DNA of 64,000 bases from an uncultured bacterium (GTDB lineage: Bacteria; Planctomycetota; UBA1135; GCA-002686595): positions 160,001 through 224,000 of the forward strand of contig CALSNU010000003.1 in assembly GCA_943787795.1 (NCBI GenBank). Reading direction: 5' to 3'. Shown here piece after piece: positions 1 through 8,478 of the stretch. How positions within the stretch are numbered: position 1 is the first letter of the stretch; every line of letters begins with the position of its first letter. The notes under the pieces were generated by a model, which was given only the letters and a program-made list of their open reading frames with translations, did not search any database and had not been told where the DNA came from. The translations under genes were made by a program, and so were the position numbers.

Positions 1-2
1 CC

Positions 3-1469
3 AAGAGCTCCACGTCGTTCCATGGCGCGGTCTACTTCCCGCCCCGCGAGGGCGCGGCTGGCACCGCGAGCAGCGGCTTCTTCGACGTGATGAGCAGCTA
101 TGGCGGCGGGGTCGTGAAGGCCTGGCGCCACGTGCCCGTCATCGTGGACGAGGAGGACGAGGGGCCCAGCAGGACGAGCGCGGGGGACTGGAACACCATC
201 CGCCTCGACGTGATCGGCTCTCGAATCGATGTGTGGTGGAACGGCGGGCTCCTGACGAGCCACGACTTCCAGCTGCGCGACGCGGTCCTCGGCCGCTTCG
301 GCCTGCTCACGGGCACCGGCGAGGCCCAGTGGCGCAACGTGCGCTACCTGTCGCGGGATCCCCGGGACCCCTCGGGCCGCATCGAGCGGCGGCAGCGGCT
401 CGAGCGCTCGGGGGCCGACCCGGACAAGCCCGTGGACGGCAGCTACCTCGGCCTGGTGCCGCCGTTCCCCGAGGTCGGGCGCTGGGCTCAGAACCCCCGG
501 GAGTCCTACGGTGACGTGGGCCCCAACCCCCAGCTGCTTGTCCTGTGGAGCATCGGCCAGAACGAGCTCGTCCCCATCGACGGTTGGCTCACGGCCTTCC
601 ACCGCCGCTGGGGGCCGGAGGGGGTCGAGATCCTCTCCGTGGTCTCGCCCAACGATGACGAGCGCATCGACGAGTACCTGAAGGCGCACCCCGTCCCCGG
701 CAGCGTCGCCGTGGACTCGCGGCCCTACGGGACCACGGGCATCGGCAAGACCTTCACGGAGTACTCCGTCCGGCGCTACAACCTCCCGCGCGTGCTGCTC
801 CTGGATGTGGACGGCACGGTGGCGTGGGAGGGTGACCCCGGCTTCTCGTCCCAGAGCAAGCCCAAGCCGCCCTTCGCCTCCTACGTGGACACGCCCATGG
901 AGGACCTGGCCGAGCGTCGGCAGCTGATCTCGGTCCGCCGCTGGCGCGAGTCATGGCAGCGCAAGGGCGAGTCGGCCCTCGCGAGCGGCGACCTCGCCGG
1001 GGCCATCGAGCTCCTGCGCGAGGCGGGGGGCTTCAAGGACTCGCCCTTCCTCGACGTGCAGCGCGCGACGGCGCGACTCCGGGCCATCGAGGAGGCGATC
1101 GAGGACCCCGATGAGGTGATCGAGGTCACCAAGGACGCGGGGACGACCCCGGCGCTGGCGGTGTTGATCGAGTGGGCCGAGGCCCTGGAGACGCCCTTCA
1201 GCAAGAAGCGCAAGGCGGCGGTGAACAAGGCCATCAAGGGCAAGACCGCCTCCCACTGGAAGCGCGCCGCCAAGGCCGCCGCCAAGGCGGGCAAGGGGCG
1301 CGCCCCCGAGGAGGAGCGGCTCGCCGAGCTCACCGCGACCCTGTCCGAGCTCGAGGGGCCGCTCGTGCGTCAGCTCGAGGCGGACGTCCAGGAGCTCGGC
1401 CTCGAGGGCGCCGCGAACGCCGATCAGCTCCCCGCCATCTGGCTCGCGCGGAACGTCTTCGGCTGGTGA
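3..1469 (+). CDS. 5'-truncated hypothetical protein: concanavalin/DUF1080-like segment, CxxC-less thioredoxin-like domain and helical C-terminus
   Basis: Frame is open from position 3 (KSSTSFHGAVYFPP...). WNTIRLDVIGSRIDVWWNG...GRFGL...AQWRNVR resembles the DUF1080 C-terminus; LPRVLLLDVDGTVAW resembles a TlpA-type fold. Confidence 0.55.
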   Translation, partial: KSSTSFHGAVYFPPREGAAGTASSGFFDVMSSYGGGVVKAWRHVPVIVDEEDEGPSRTSAGDWNTIRLDVIGSRIDVWWNGGLLTSHDFQLRDAVLGRFGLLTGTGEAQWRNVRYLSRDPRDPSGRIERRQRLERSGADPDKPVDGSYLGLVPPFPEVGRWAQNPRESYGDVGPNPQLLVLWSIGQNELVPIDGWLTAFHRRWGPEGVEILSVVSPNDDERIDEYLKAHPVPGSVAVDSRPYGTTGIGKTFTEYSVRRYNLPRVLLLDVDGTVAWEGDPGFSSQSKPKPPFASYVDTPMEDLAERRQLISVRRWRESWQRKGESALASGDLAGAIELLREAGGFKDSPFLDVQRATARLRAIEEAIEDPDEVIEVTKDAGTTPALAVLIEWAEALETPFSKKRKAAVNKAIKGKTASHWKRAAKAAAKAGKGRAPEEERLAELTATLSELEGPLVRQLEADVQELGLEGAANADQLPAIWLARNVFGW

Positions 1470-1502
1470 TCTCCTGCGCCTGCCGGGCCTCCGGCAGGCG
1501 TC

Positions 1503-3899
1503 TCAGTAGTCGACGACGACCGGCGGGGGGCCCTCGGCGTCCTTGGGTGCCTTGCGGACCGCCGCGGACCGCGTCGTGGTGGCGCCGGACTCGGTCGTGA
1601 CAACGATCTCGTACTCACCGATGGGCAGGTCACTCCAGCGCAGGTCGGGAAAGGGCGAGCTCTCACTGCTTGACCCGCTGGACCCCGCGGTCGCGGACGT
1701 TCGATAGGTCTCGGTGTAGGGTAGCCAGGCGACCTCTCCCGACCCCACGTTCGTTCCGCCTCGGACCAGGCGGACCTGCAGCCCCTGCTTCGGGAAGGCA
1801 GCGAGCAGGACCTCGCGGTTCTCCATGAGCCAGCCCTGGTCCATGGTCGCGATGGCCTGGCGGAAGCCCCCGAGGATCCGGTCGGCGTCTGCGCCGAGGC
1901 TCGCCCGGTCGAGGAAGGTGACCTGCAGGTTGCCCACCTCCGGGCGGGGGACGACGAGCGTCAAGGTCTGGCCCGCGTACGAGCGCATGTGGATCCCCGA
2001 TTGCTCCCAGCGCACGCCCGCGCCTCGGACCACGGCGGTCAACGGGAGGGCCGGGAGGCCCTCGATCAGCTGCGGCTTGCCATTCAGGGTCACCCCGGCG
2101 GACTCAAACGGCCCCGCCTTCACCTCGACCGGCCTCCCGGTCGCGTCCAGGAATTCGAGGGAGCCCCCGGTCCAGTGTTCTCCTGAGTGGTCGAGCACCT
2201 CGACCCGAACGTGGACGGCCTCGACCATCGCCACCTCCCCGAGGTCGTGGACGCCCTTCTCGAAGGCCCTGGGTGCGAGCCGCTTCGAGGCGTAGCCCTC
2301 GGCCTCGAACTCCAGCTCCCAGGTCCCCTCGTCCAGCTTCTCGATCCGGAACCTCCCGTCCGGCCCGACGCTGACGCCGTGGCGGGTGGCCGAGCGGCTC
2401 CCGTCCACGGGTTCAGACCACGTCAGCAGCTGGAACGCCGAGATGGGCTCGCCGCTCCTCTCGTCCACCAGGCGCCCCTCCAGGACCACGCCTCGCAAGG
2501 CCTCGCCGTCCAGCCGGACCTCGACCTCGGACTCGGCTGGCCCGACGGGGACGATCAGCCCCTGCGCTGGAGTGTCCCGGCCCGTGACCCTGAGCGTGCA
2601 GGGGCCAAGGAAGCGGTGGGGGAAGTCGAAACGCCCGCCTTCGCCTGTGCGCCGATCGAATTCACCAAACAGGCTCTCCCAGCTCGGCGGCGTCCCCATG
2701 ACGAGGTCGGACCCCTCGTACATTCGCTCGGACCGGAGCCTGACCCGCACGCCGGAGACGGGCTCGCCGTCTCCGTCGACCACGCGGCCGGTGAGCGGCG
2801 CCGCGCGCTCGAGTCGTAGGACGTTGACCTGCCCTTCGCCGGTCAGGTTCGCCGGCTGGATCAGGCTCACTGCGTGCCCTTGATGGAGGGCGGCAACGAA
2901 CACCGGCGCCCTCCCCCGCTCTGCCGGGTCCTCGATCCCGCCGACCGAGAAACGGCCCAGCTCGTCTGCCTTCGTGCGGGTGCGCCGGTCCCCGGAGCGA
3001 ACCTGCGCCCCTGCTGCTGGCTTCCCCTCGGCGTCCAGGACCAGCCCTGAGAGCTCGCGGCCTCGGTCGAGGGTGATGGTCAGCGCGCCGTCCGACGGGG
3101 AGTGCAGGGGAGATTGGTCCAGATGGCCGGCGGCCTCCACGGAGACCTGGACCCGGGTCTCCTCGACACCCGGGAAGCGGAATCGACCGTCCGTGCCGGT
3201 GACCCGCGGGGGCAGGATCGCACCCGCGATGGAGCCAAAGGTGGTCACCCCCGGGGTCTCCGTGCCATCTGTGCTGTCGAAGCTCCTCAGCGGGTTCGCC
3301 AGGTGGAGAGTGGCGCCCTCCACAGGGCTCCCCTTCGCATCCTCAACCGTCCCGAAGAGGACCGCGGCGGGCGCGAGGATTAGCTCGAGGCCCTCGCACA
3401 CGATGCCCTCGGCGAGGTCGCCGCGTAGGCCGCTGACGCAGACCATGTCCGGGCTAAAGGCGGCGGCCACGAACTTGGGCCCGAAGCCGCTGGCGGAGAA
3501 TTCGCCGTTCGCCGCCGAGACCACGGTCATGGCGGGGTCGCCGAGTGACCGGGGATTGGTCCATATACGCACCTCGGCGCCTGCGACCGTGAACCCCTGC
3601 TCGTCGATCACCCTCCCGGACAGCGTCGGCCCCGAGGTCACGGTCGAGGTGACCTCGGCCGCCTCGTCCGGGGAGGCGGCGAGGGATGGCTCAGCGAAGG
3701 GGGCGGGCGCCTGGGCGCGGGTGTCCCCGGAGGTCACTGGCTCCAGCGCTGCCCCTCGCTCCGCCGCGGGCTCCTGCAGGCTCTGCTTCCTGGGCGTCGC
3801 CTCGGACTCATGGGTGCCGGAGCCGGCCATCCACCAGCCGCCCAGGGCGAGGATCAGCGCGGCGGTGAGCAGGAACAGGGCGGAGGGGAGGTTCTTCAT
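1503..3899 (-). CDS. Membrane-anchored carboxypeptidase regulatory-like domain repeat protein
   Basis: N-terminal hydrophobic anchor (MKNLPSALFLL...) and repeated LxGxVxDxxGxPVxGAxV modules. Start moved from 4064 to ATG 3899. Confidence 0.75.
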   Translation of the reverse strand: MKNLPSALFLLTAALILALGGWWMAGSGTHESEATPRKQSLQEPAAERGAALEPVTSGDTRAQAPAPFAEPSLAASPDEAAEVTSTVTSGPTLSGRVIDEQGFTVAGAEVRIWTNPRSLGDPAMTVVSAANGEFSASGFGPKFVAAAFSPDMVCVSGLRGDLAEGIVCEGLELILAPAAVLFGTVEDAKGSPVEGATLHLANPLRSFDSTDGTETPGVTTFGSIAGAILPPRVTGTDGRFRFPGVEETRVQVSVEAAGHLDQSPLHSPSDGALTITLDRGRELSGLVLDAEGKPAAGAQVRSGDRRTRTKADELGRFSVGGIEDPAERGRAPVFVAALHQGHAVSLIQPANLTGEGQVNVLRLERAAPLTGRVVDGDGEPVSGVRVRLRSERMYEGSDLVMGTPPSWESLFGEFDRRTGEGGRFDFPHRFLGPCTLRVTGRDTPAQGLIVPVGPAESEVEVRLDGEALRGVVLEGRLVDERSGEPISAFQLLTWSEPVDGSRSATRHGVSVGPDGRFRIEKLDEGTWELEFEAEGYASKRLAPRAFEKGVHDLGEVAMVEAVHVRVEVLDHSGEHWTGGSLEFLDATGRPVEVKAGPFESAGVTLNGKPQLIEGLPALPLTAVVRGAGVRWEQSGIHMRSYAGQTLTLVVPRPEVGNLQVTFLDRASLGADADRILGGFRQAIATMDQGWLMENREVLLAAFPKQGLQVRLVRGGTNVGSGEVAWLPYTETYRTSATAGSSGSSSESSPFPDLRWSDLPIGEYEIVVTTESGATTTRSAAVRKAPKDAEGPPPVVVDY

Positions 3900-4138
3900 G
3901 GTGGCGGGATGCCGGGATCGCGGAGGGACGGGGAAGGCTGTCCCGCGCAAGGCTCCGCGCGGGACCCTATCCCGTACTCGATGAGAACCGATCTCTTCAC
4001 TCCGGATTCGATCTCGTCGCCCCTGGCGGCGGCAGGAGGGCACCTGGACTGGCGAGGTCGCCACGCCCGGCTACTTTGGGGCGACGAGAGCCTCCCGTCC
4101 CAGGGCGGCCTTGACCCTTCCCTGAGCCCCAGCCTGCC

Positions 4139-5365
4139 ATGCGAATCCTCCTCTTCTCCGCCTCGATGATCGCCGTGTCCTCCAGCGCCCTCGGGCAGAC
4201 CTGCGAGCACTACTGGGAGTTCAGCTCCACGACGGACCAGGTCGGCGGCCTCGTCACCACCCAGGTGGGCTCGCCCGTGCTCGGCGTCAACGCCACCTAC
4301 GGCGAGGCCTTCCCCGGCGCCGGCCCGAGCCTGAACAACCTGGTGAACGGCACCGCCGGCGGAAGCGGACACCTTGAGGCCAGCCTGTCCTCCGGGGGCC
4401 CCTTGGCGATGGACTTCGGGCAGGACAGCTTCTCCTTCAGCTACTGGGCGTGGGATGACTTCGCCGGCGACGGCGACGCGCGGGGCGTCCGGGTCTTCGA
4501 CAACCTCCTGAACACGGAGGAGGGCATCCAGCTCGGGACCAACCTCGCGAACGACTGGAACTTCCGGGTGGACGATGATCAGGGGGCGGTCCACATCTAC
4601 AACGTCACCTTCCAGTACCAGGCGCCTCGGGACCAGTGGTACCACGTGGTCGGAGTGGTCGAGCGCGCGTCGGGTGGTGGCGGGACCACCACCCTGTACG
4701 TGGATGGCGCCATGGTGATGGCCATCCCCTTTGTGGATACCCAGAGCGGCAGCAACATGGCGGGCAACGTCGCGCCCACCCAGGACCTCCTGATCGGCGC
4801 CATCAACGGCGGCTCCAGCGCGGGGGGCGCGCAATCCCAGGGGCTCGACGACCTGGCGTTCTACCGCGGCGCCCTCTCCGCTGCCGACGCCAGCGGCCTC
4901 GCGAGCGGCGCGCTCCGCCCCCTGGACTTCGGCGGACCGGTGCAGCGCTACTGCTCGCCGGCGATCCCCAACTCCACGGGAGCGCCGGGGACGGTGGACG
5001 CCCTGGGGAGCCTCCAGGCATCGACCAACGCGCTGACCCTCGAGGCCTCTTCCCTGCCCGCCAACGCCTTCGGCTTCTTCCTGACCAGCCAGAGCCAGGG
5101 GCAGATCGCCCAGCCGGGCGGGAGCCAGGGGGTTTTGTGCCTCGGCGGCGGCATCGGCCGCTACGTGGGTCCGGGCCAGATCAAGAACTCAGGCGCCGGC
5201 GGGGCGTTCCAGCTGGCGCTCGACCTGACCCAGACGCCGACGCCGACCGGGCTCGTGACGGTGGTCGCCGGCGACACCTGGAACTTCACCGCCTGGCACC
5301 GGGACGCGGTGGGGGGCTCGGTGACCTCCAACTTCACCGACGCGGTGTCCATCACCTTCCAGTGA
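4139..5365 (+). CDS. Secreted LamG/concanavalin-like domain protein with conserved C-terminal domain
   Basis: Signal peptide ending ALG-Q; LamG motifs FSFSYW, QWYHVVGV, LYVDG, GLDDLAFYRGALS; C-terminal YC...LCL...WHRD...SNFT domain. Confidence 0.75.
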   Translation: MRILLFSASMIAVSSSALGQTCEHYWEFSSTTDQVGGLVTTQVGSPVLGVNATYGEAFPGAGPSLNNLVNGTAGGSGHLEASLSSGGPLAMDFGQDSFSFSYWAWDDFAGDGDARGVRVFDNLLNTEEGIQLGTNLANDWNFRVDDDQGAVHIYNVTFQYQAPRDQWYHVVGVVERASGGGGTTTLYVDGAMVMAIPFVDTQSGSNMAGNVAPTQDLLIGAINGGSSAGGAQSQGLDDLAFYRGALSAADASGLASGALRPLDFGGPVQRYCSPAIPNSTGAPGTVDALGSLQASTNALTLEASSLPANAFGFFLTSQSQGQIAQPGGSQGVLCLGGGIGRYVGPGQIKNSGAGGAFQLALDLTQTPTPTGLVTVVAGDTWNFTAWHRDAVGGSVTSNFTDAVSITFQ

Positions 5366-5369
5366 CCCC

Positions 5370-7226
5370 TTGAAGGCTCTCTCCTTCGGCCTGCTCGCCG
5401 CCGTCTTGGCGGCGGGCCAGGCCCCCGCACAGTCGCCGCCGAACGTCTTGCTGGTCGTCGCGGACGACCTCGCCGCTGGAGCGCTCGGGGCCTACGGCAA
5501 CGCCGAGGTCCTGACGCCGAACGTGGACCGCCTCGCGGCGCAGGGCACGGTCTTCGACGCGGCCTATTGCCAGTACCCGGTGTGCGCGCACTCGCGGGCC
5601 TCCATGCTCAGCGGCCTGTACGTGCAGCAGCTCACCGGCTCCAACGGCAGCTTCACGAACCTCGATAGCGTGCTCGGCTCCCGGGCGACCCTCCCCGAGC
5701 ACTTTCGCCAGGCGGGCTACACCGCCGCTCGGGTGAGCAAGCTCTATCACATGCGGGTGCCGGGAGACATCACCAACGGCGCCGCCGGATCGGACCACGT
5801 GCCCTCATGGGACGTGGCTGTGAATGTTCAGGCGCCGGAGTGGTCGACGCCGGGGACGACGGGGCACTACACCAATGAGACCCTGAACTTCGACCCGAAC
5901 CTGCACTACGGCCTCGGCTTCGGGACGGCGTTCTACACGGTCGAGGCCTCGACGAGCGGCGCCGAGCAAGCGGACCACGTGGCCGTGGACGAGGCCATCT
6001 CATTGCTCGATGGGTTCGGGGGGCAGCCGTTCTTCCTCGCGGTGGGGTTCGTCCGTCCCCACGTCCCCCTGGTGGCGCCCGCCTCGGACTTCGCCCTCTA
6101 CGACCCCGCGCAGCTGCCCCTCGCGCAGAGCGTGCCGGGAGATCTCGCCGACATCCCTGCCGCGGGCATCTTCTGGAACGAAGGCGCGCGGGGGCCGAAC
6201 AGCGACCCCGACCGCCGGGAGGTGTTGCGGGCCTACTACGCCTCGGTGTCCTTCATGGACCGCCAGCTCGGGCGCTTGCTCGACCGGCTGGAGCAGCTTG
6301 GCCTAGAGGACGACACGATCGTCGTGTTCACCTCGGACCACGGCTACCACCTCGGCGAGCACACCTTCTGGCAGAAGCTCAGCCTGCACGAGGAGTCGGC
6401 TCGGGTCCCGCTGATCGCCGCGGGGCCGGGGATTCAGGCGGGGCGTCGGGGGCAGGTGGCCGAGTTGGTGGACCTCTATCCGACCCTCGCGGACCTGGCG
6501 GGACTCCCGGTGCCGACGCACTGCGCGGGGCAGTCCCTGCGCGGGGTGATCGAGGGGACCAGCGGCGAGCTTCGTACGGGCGCCTACTCACGCATCGCCG
6601 GCGGCGAGCTCCTCCGGACGCCGTCGTTCGCCTACATGCGATATAGCAACGGCGCGGAGGAGCTGTACGACATGGGGCCCGCGCCCCTCGGAGACCCGCT
6701 GCAGTTCACGAACCTGGTGGCAGATCCCGCCTTCGCGTCCACCCTCTCGGCGCTCCGCGACCAGCTGGACGCGCGGGTGGCGGAGATCGAGGAGGGATCT
6801 GGCGAGGTCTACTGCGCAGGCGACGGCACGAGCGGGCTCTGCCCTTGCCTCTACTTCGGGGGGCCCGGGGAGGGCTGCCTGCACTCGGCGGGGTCCGGGG
6901 CCACGCTCACGGGCTCTGGCTACGCCAACGTCGCCGCCGATACCCTCCGGCTTGAGGTGAGGGATGGCCCGCCGTCGCGGCCGGGCCTGCTGGTCTCAGG
7001 CCTGGCGCCGACCTCGATTCCCCTGGGGGACGGGCTGCTGTGTCTGCAGACCCAGGTCCGGTACGCGCCGCTACAGCTCGATGCCCAGGGGCGAGCGAGC
7101 TACAGCCAGCTCGGGTCGACCTCCCTGGCGGGGAGCACGATCCACTACCAGTTCGCCTTCCGCGACGCGGGGCCCTGCGGCGGGAGCTTCAACCTGTCCA
7201 GCGCCTGGCGGGTCACCTGGCACTAG
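5370..7226 (+). CDS. Secreted sulfatase (iduronate-2-sulfatase/choline-sulfatase-like) with conserved C-terminal domain
   Basis: Signal peptide; PNVLLVVADDL, TPNVDRLA, CAHSRASMLSG, GFVRPHVP, VFTSDHGYHLGEH and ELVDLYPT motifs. TTG start. Confidence 0.85.
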   Translation: MKALSFGLLAAVLAAGQAPAQSPPNVLLVVADDLAAGALGAYGNAEVLTPNVDRLAAQGTVFDAAYCQYPVCAHSRASMLSGLYVQQLTGSNGSFTNLDSVLGSRATLPEHFRQAGYTAARVSKLYHMRVPGDITNGAAGSDHVPSWDVAVNVQAPEWSTPGTTGHYTNETLNFDPNLHYGLGFGTAFYTVEASTSGAEQADHVAVDEAISLLDGFGGQPFFLAVGFVRPHVPLVAPASDFALYDPAQLPLAQSVPGDLADIPAAGIFWNEGARGPNSDPDRREVLRAYYASVSFMDRQLGRLLDRLEQLGLEDDTIVVFTSDHGYHLGEHTFWQKLSLHEESARVPLIAAGPGIQAGRRGQVAELVDLYPTLADLAGLPVPTHCAGQSLRGVIEGTSGELRTGAYSRIAGGELLRTPSFAYMRYSNGAEELYDMGPAPLGDPLQFTNLVADPAFASTLSALRDQLDARVAEIEEGSGEVYCAGDGTSGLCPCLYFGGPGEGCLHSAGSGATLTGSGYANVAADTLRLEVRDGPPSRPGLLVSGLAPTSIPLGDGLLCLQTQVRYAPLQLDAQGRASYSQLGSTSLAGSTIHYQFAFRDAGPCGGSFNLSSAWRVTWH

Positions 7227-7262
7227 TCCGGTCTCCGCGGAGCTCGGGGGCGGAGTGACGGC

Positions 7263-8459
7263 TCAGCGGCCCCGGCGCCAGGCGTCGGCCACGGCGTCAG
7301 CCACGGCCTCGGCGACCCCCTCGTCGTAGGGGCCGGGGAGGACCCGGTCGCGGGTGGGCGTCCCGACACAGCGGGCGAGGGCGAAGGCCGCGGCGACCTT
7401 CATCTCCGGCGTGATGGCCGTGGCGCCGGCCTCGATCGCCCCCCGGAAGATGCCGGGGAAGGCGAGGACGTTGTTCACCTGGTTGGGGTAGTCGCTGCGG
7501 CCCGTCCCGACCACGGCGGCGCCGGCCGCCGTGGCGAGGGCGGGGTCGATCTCGGGGTCGGGGTTGGCCATGGGGAAGAGCATGGGCGCGGGCGCCATGC
7601 GCTCGACGTCGGCGGTGCTGAGCAGGCCGGCGCGGCTCACCCCGACGAAGACGTCGGCGCCCTCCAGGGCGTCATGGACGGAGCCCTCACGGCCCCCCCG
7701 GTTGGTGTACTCCAGCAGCGCGCGCTTCTCGGGCGAGAGGTTGTTGCGCTGCTCATGGATGATGCCCCGTGAGTCGCACACGATGATGTCGCGTACGGGC
7801 TCGCAGCGGTCCGAGTCGAACCCGACGCAGGTGAGGAGCTTGGCGATGGCGGTCCCCGCGGCGCCGGCGCCGGCGATGACCACGTTGAGGTCCGAGAGCT
7901 TGCGACCGGTGAGCTCGCAGGCCCCGATCATCGCGGCGAGGAGCACCACGGCGGTGCCATGCTGGTCGTCGTGCATGACGGGGATGCCGAGGTCTTGGAG
8001 GCGCTCCTCGATCTCGAAGCACTCCGGAGCGGCGATGTCCTCGAGGTTGATCCCTGCGAAGCCAGGGGCGATGGCGCGGACGGCGTCGACGACCTCGTCA
8101 GGCGTCGAGGTGTCGAGGCAGATGGGCCAGGCGTCGAGGCCACCGAAGCGTCGGAACAGCGCGGCCTTGCCCTCCATCACGGGCATCGCCGCCTTGGGTC
8201 CGATGTCTCCGAGCCCGAGGACCGCGGTGCCGTCGGTGACGACGGCCACCGCGCGGCCAGCCACGGTGAGGTCCCTGAGGCGGGAGGGCTCGTCGACGAT
8301 CTCGCGGCAGGGCGCGGCGACGCCAGGGCTGTAGGCGAGCGCGAGGTCGTCTTGGGTCTCAAGCGGCGCCTCCAGGCGAATGGAGATCTTGCCCTGACGC
8401 TCCTCGTGGAGCGCGATCGCGCGGTCATCCAGCTGGCTACGGTGCTGCTCTACGGTCAT
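7263..8459 (-). CDS. NAD(P)-dependent malic enzyme (short form, no PTA domain)
   Basis: AYSPGVA, VTDGTAVLGLGDIG, VMEGKA, NLEDI, HDDQHGTA, GAGAAG, ANPDPEI and TGRSDYPNQVNN motifs. Confidence 0.93.
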   Translation of the reverse strand: MTVEQHRSQLDDRAIALHEERQGKISIRLEAPLETQDDLALAYSPGVAAPCREIVDEPSRLRDLTVAGRAVAVVTDGTAVLGLGDIGPKAAMPVMEGKAALFRRFGGLDAWPICLDTSTPDEVVDAVRAIAPGFAGINLEDIAAPECFEIEERLQDLGIPVMHDDQHGTAVVLLAAMIGACELTGRKLSDLNVVIAGAGAAGTAIAKLLTCVGFDSDRCEPVRDIIVCDSRGIIHEQRNNLSPEKRALLEYTNRGGREGSVHDALEGADVFVGVSRAGLLSTADVERMAPAPMLFPMANPDPEIDPALATAAGAAVVGTGRSDYPNQVNNVLAFPGIFRGAIEAGATAITPEMKVAAAFALARCVGTPTRDRVLPGPYDEGVAEAVADAVADAWRRGR

Positions 8460-8473
8460 AGCGCGAGACTGTA
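8460..8473 (-). promoter_or_regulatory. Putative -10 box TACAGT, 8 nt before the malic enzyme ATG (leaderless type)
   Basis: TACAGT-ctcgcgct-ATG; no SD. Confidence 0.5.
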
Positions 8474-8478
8474 GCGCG

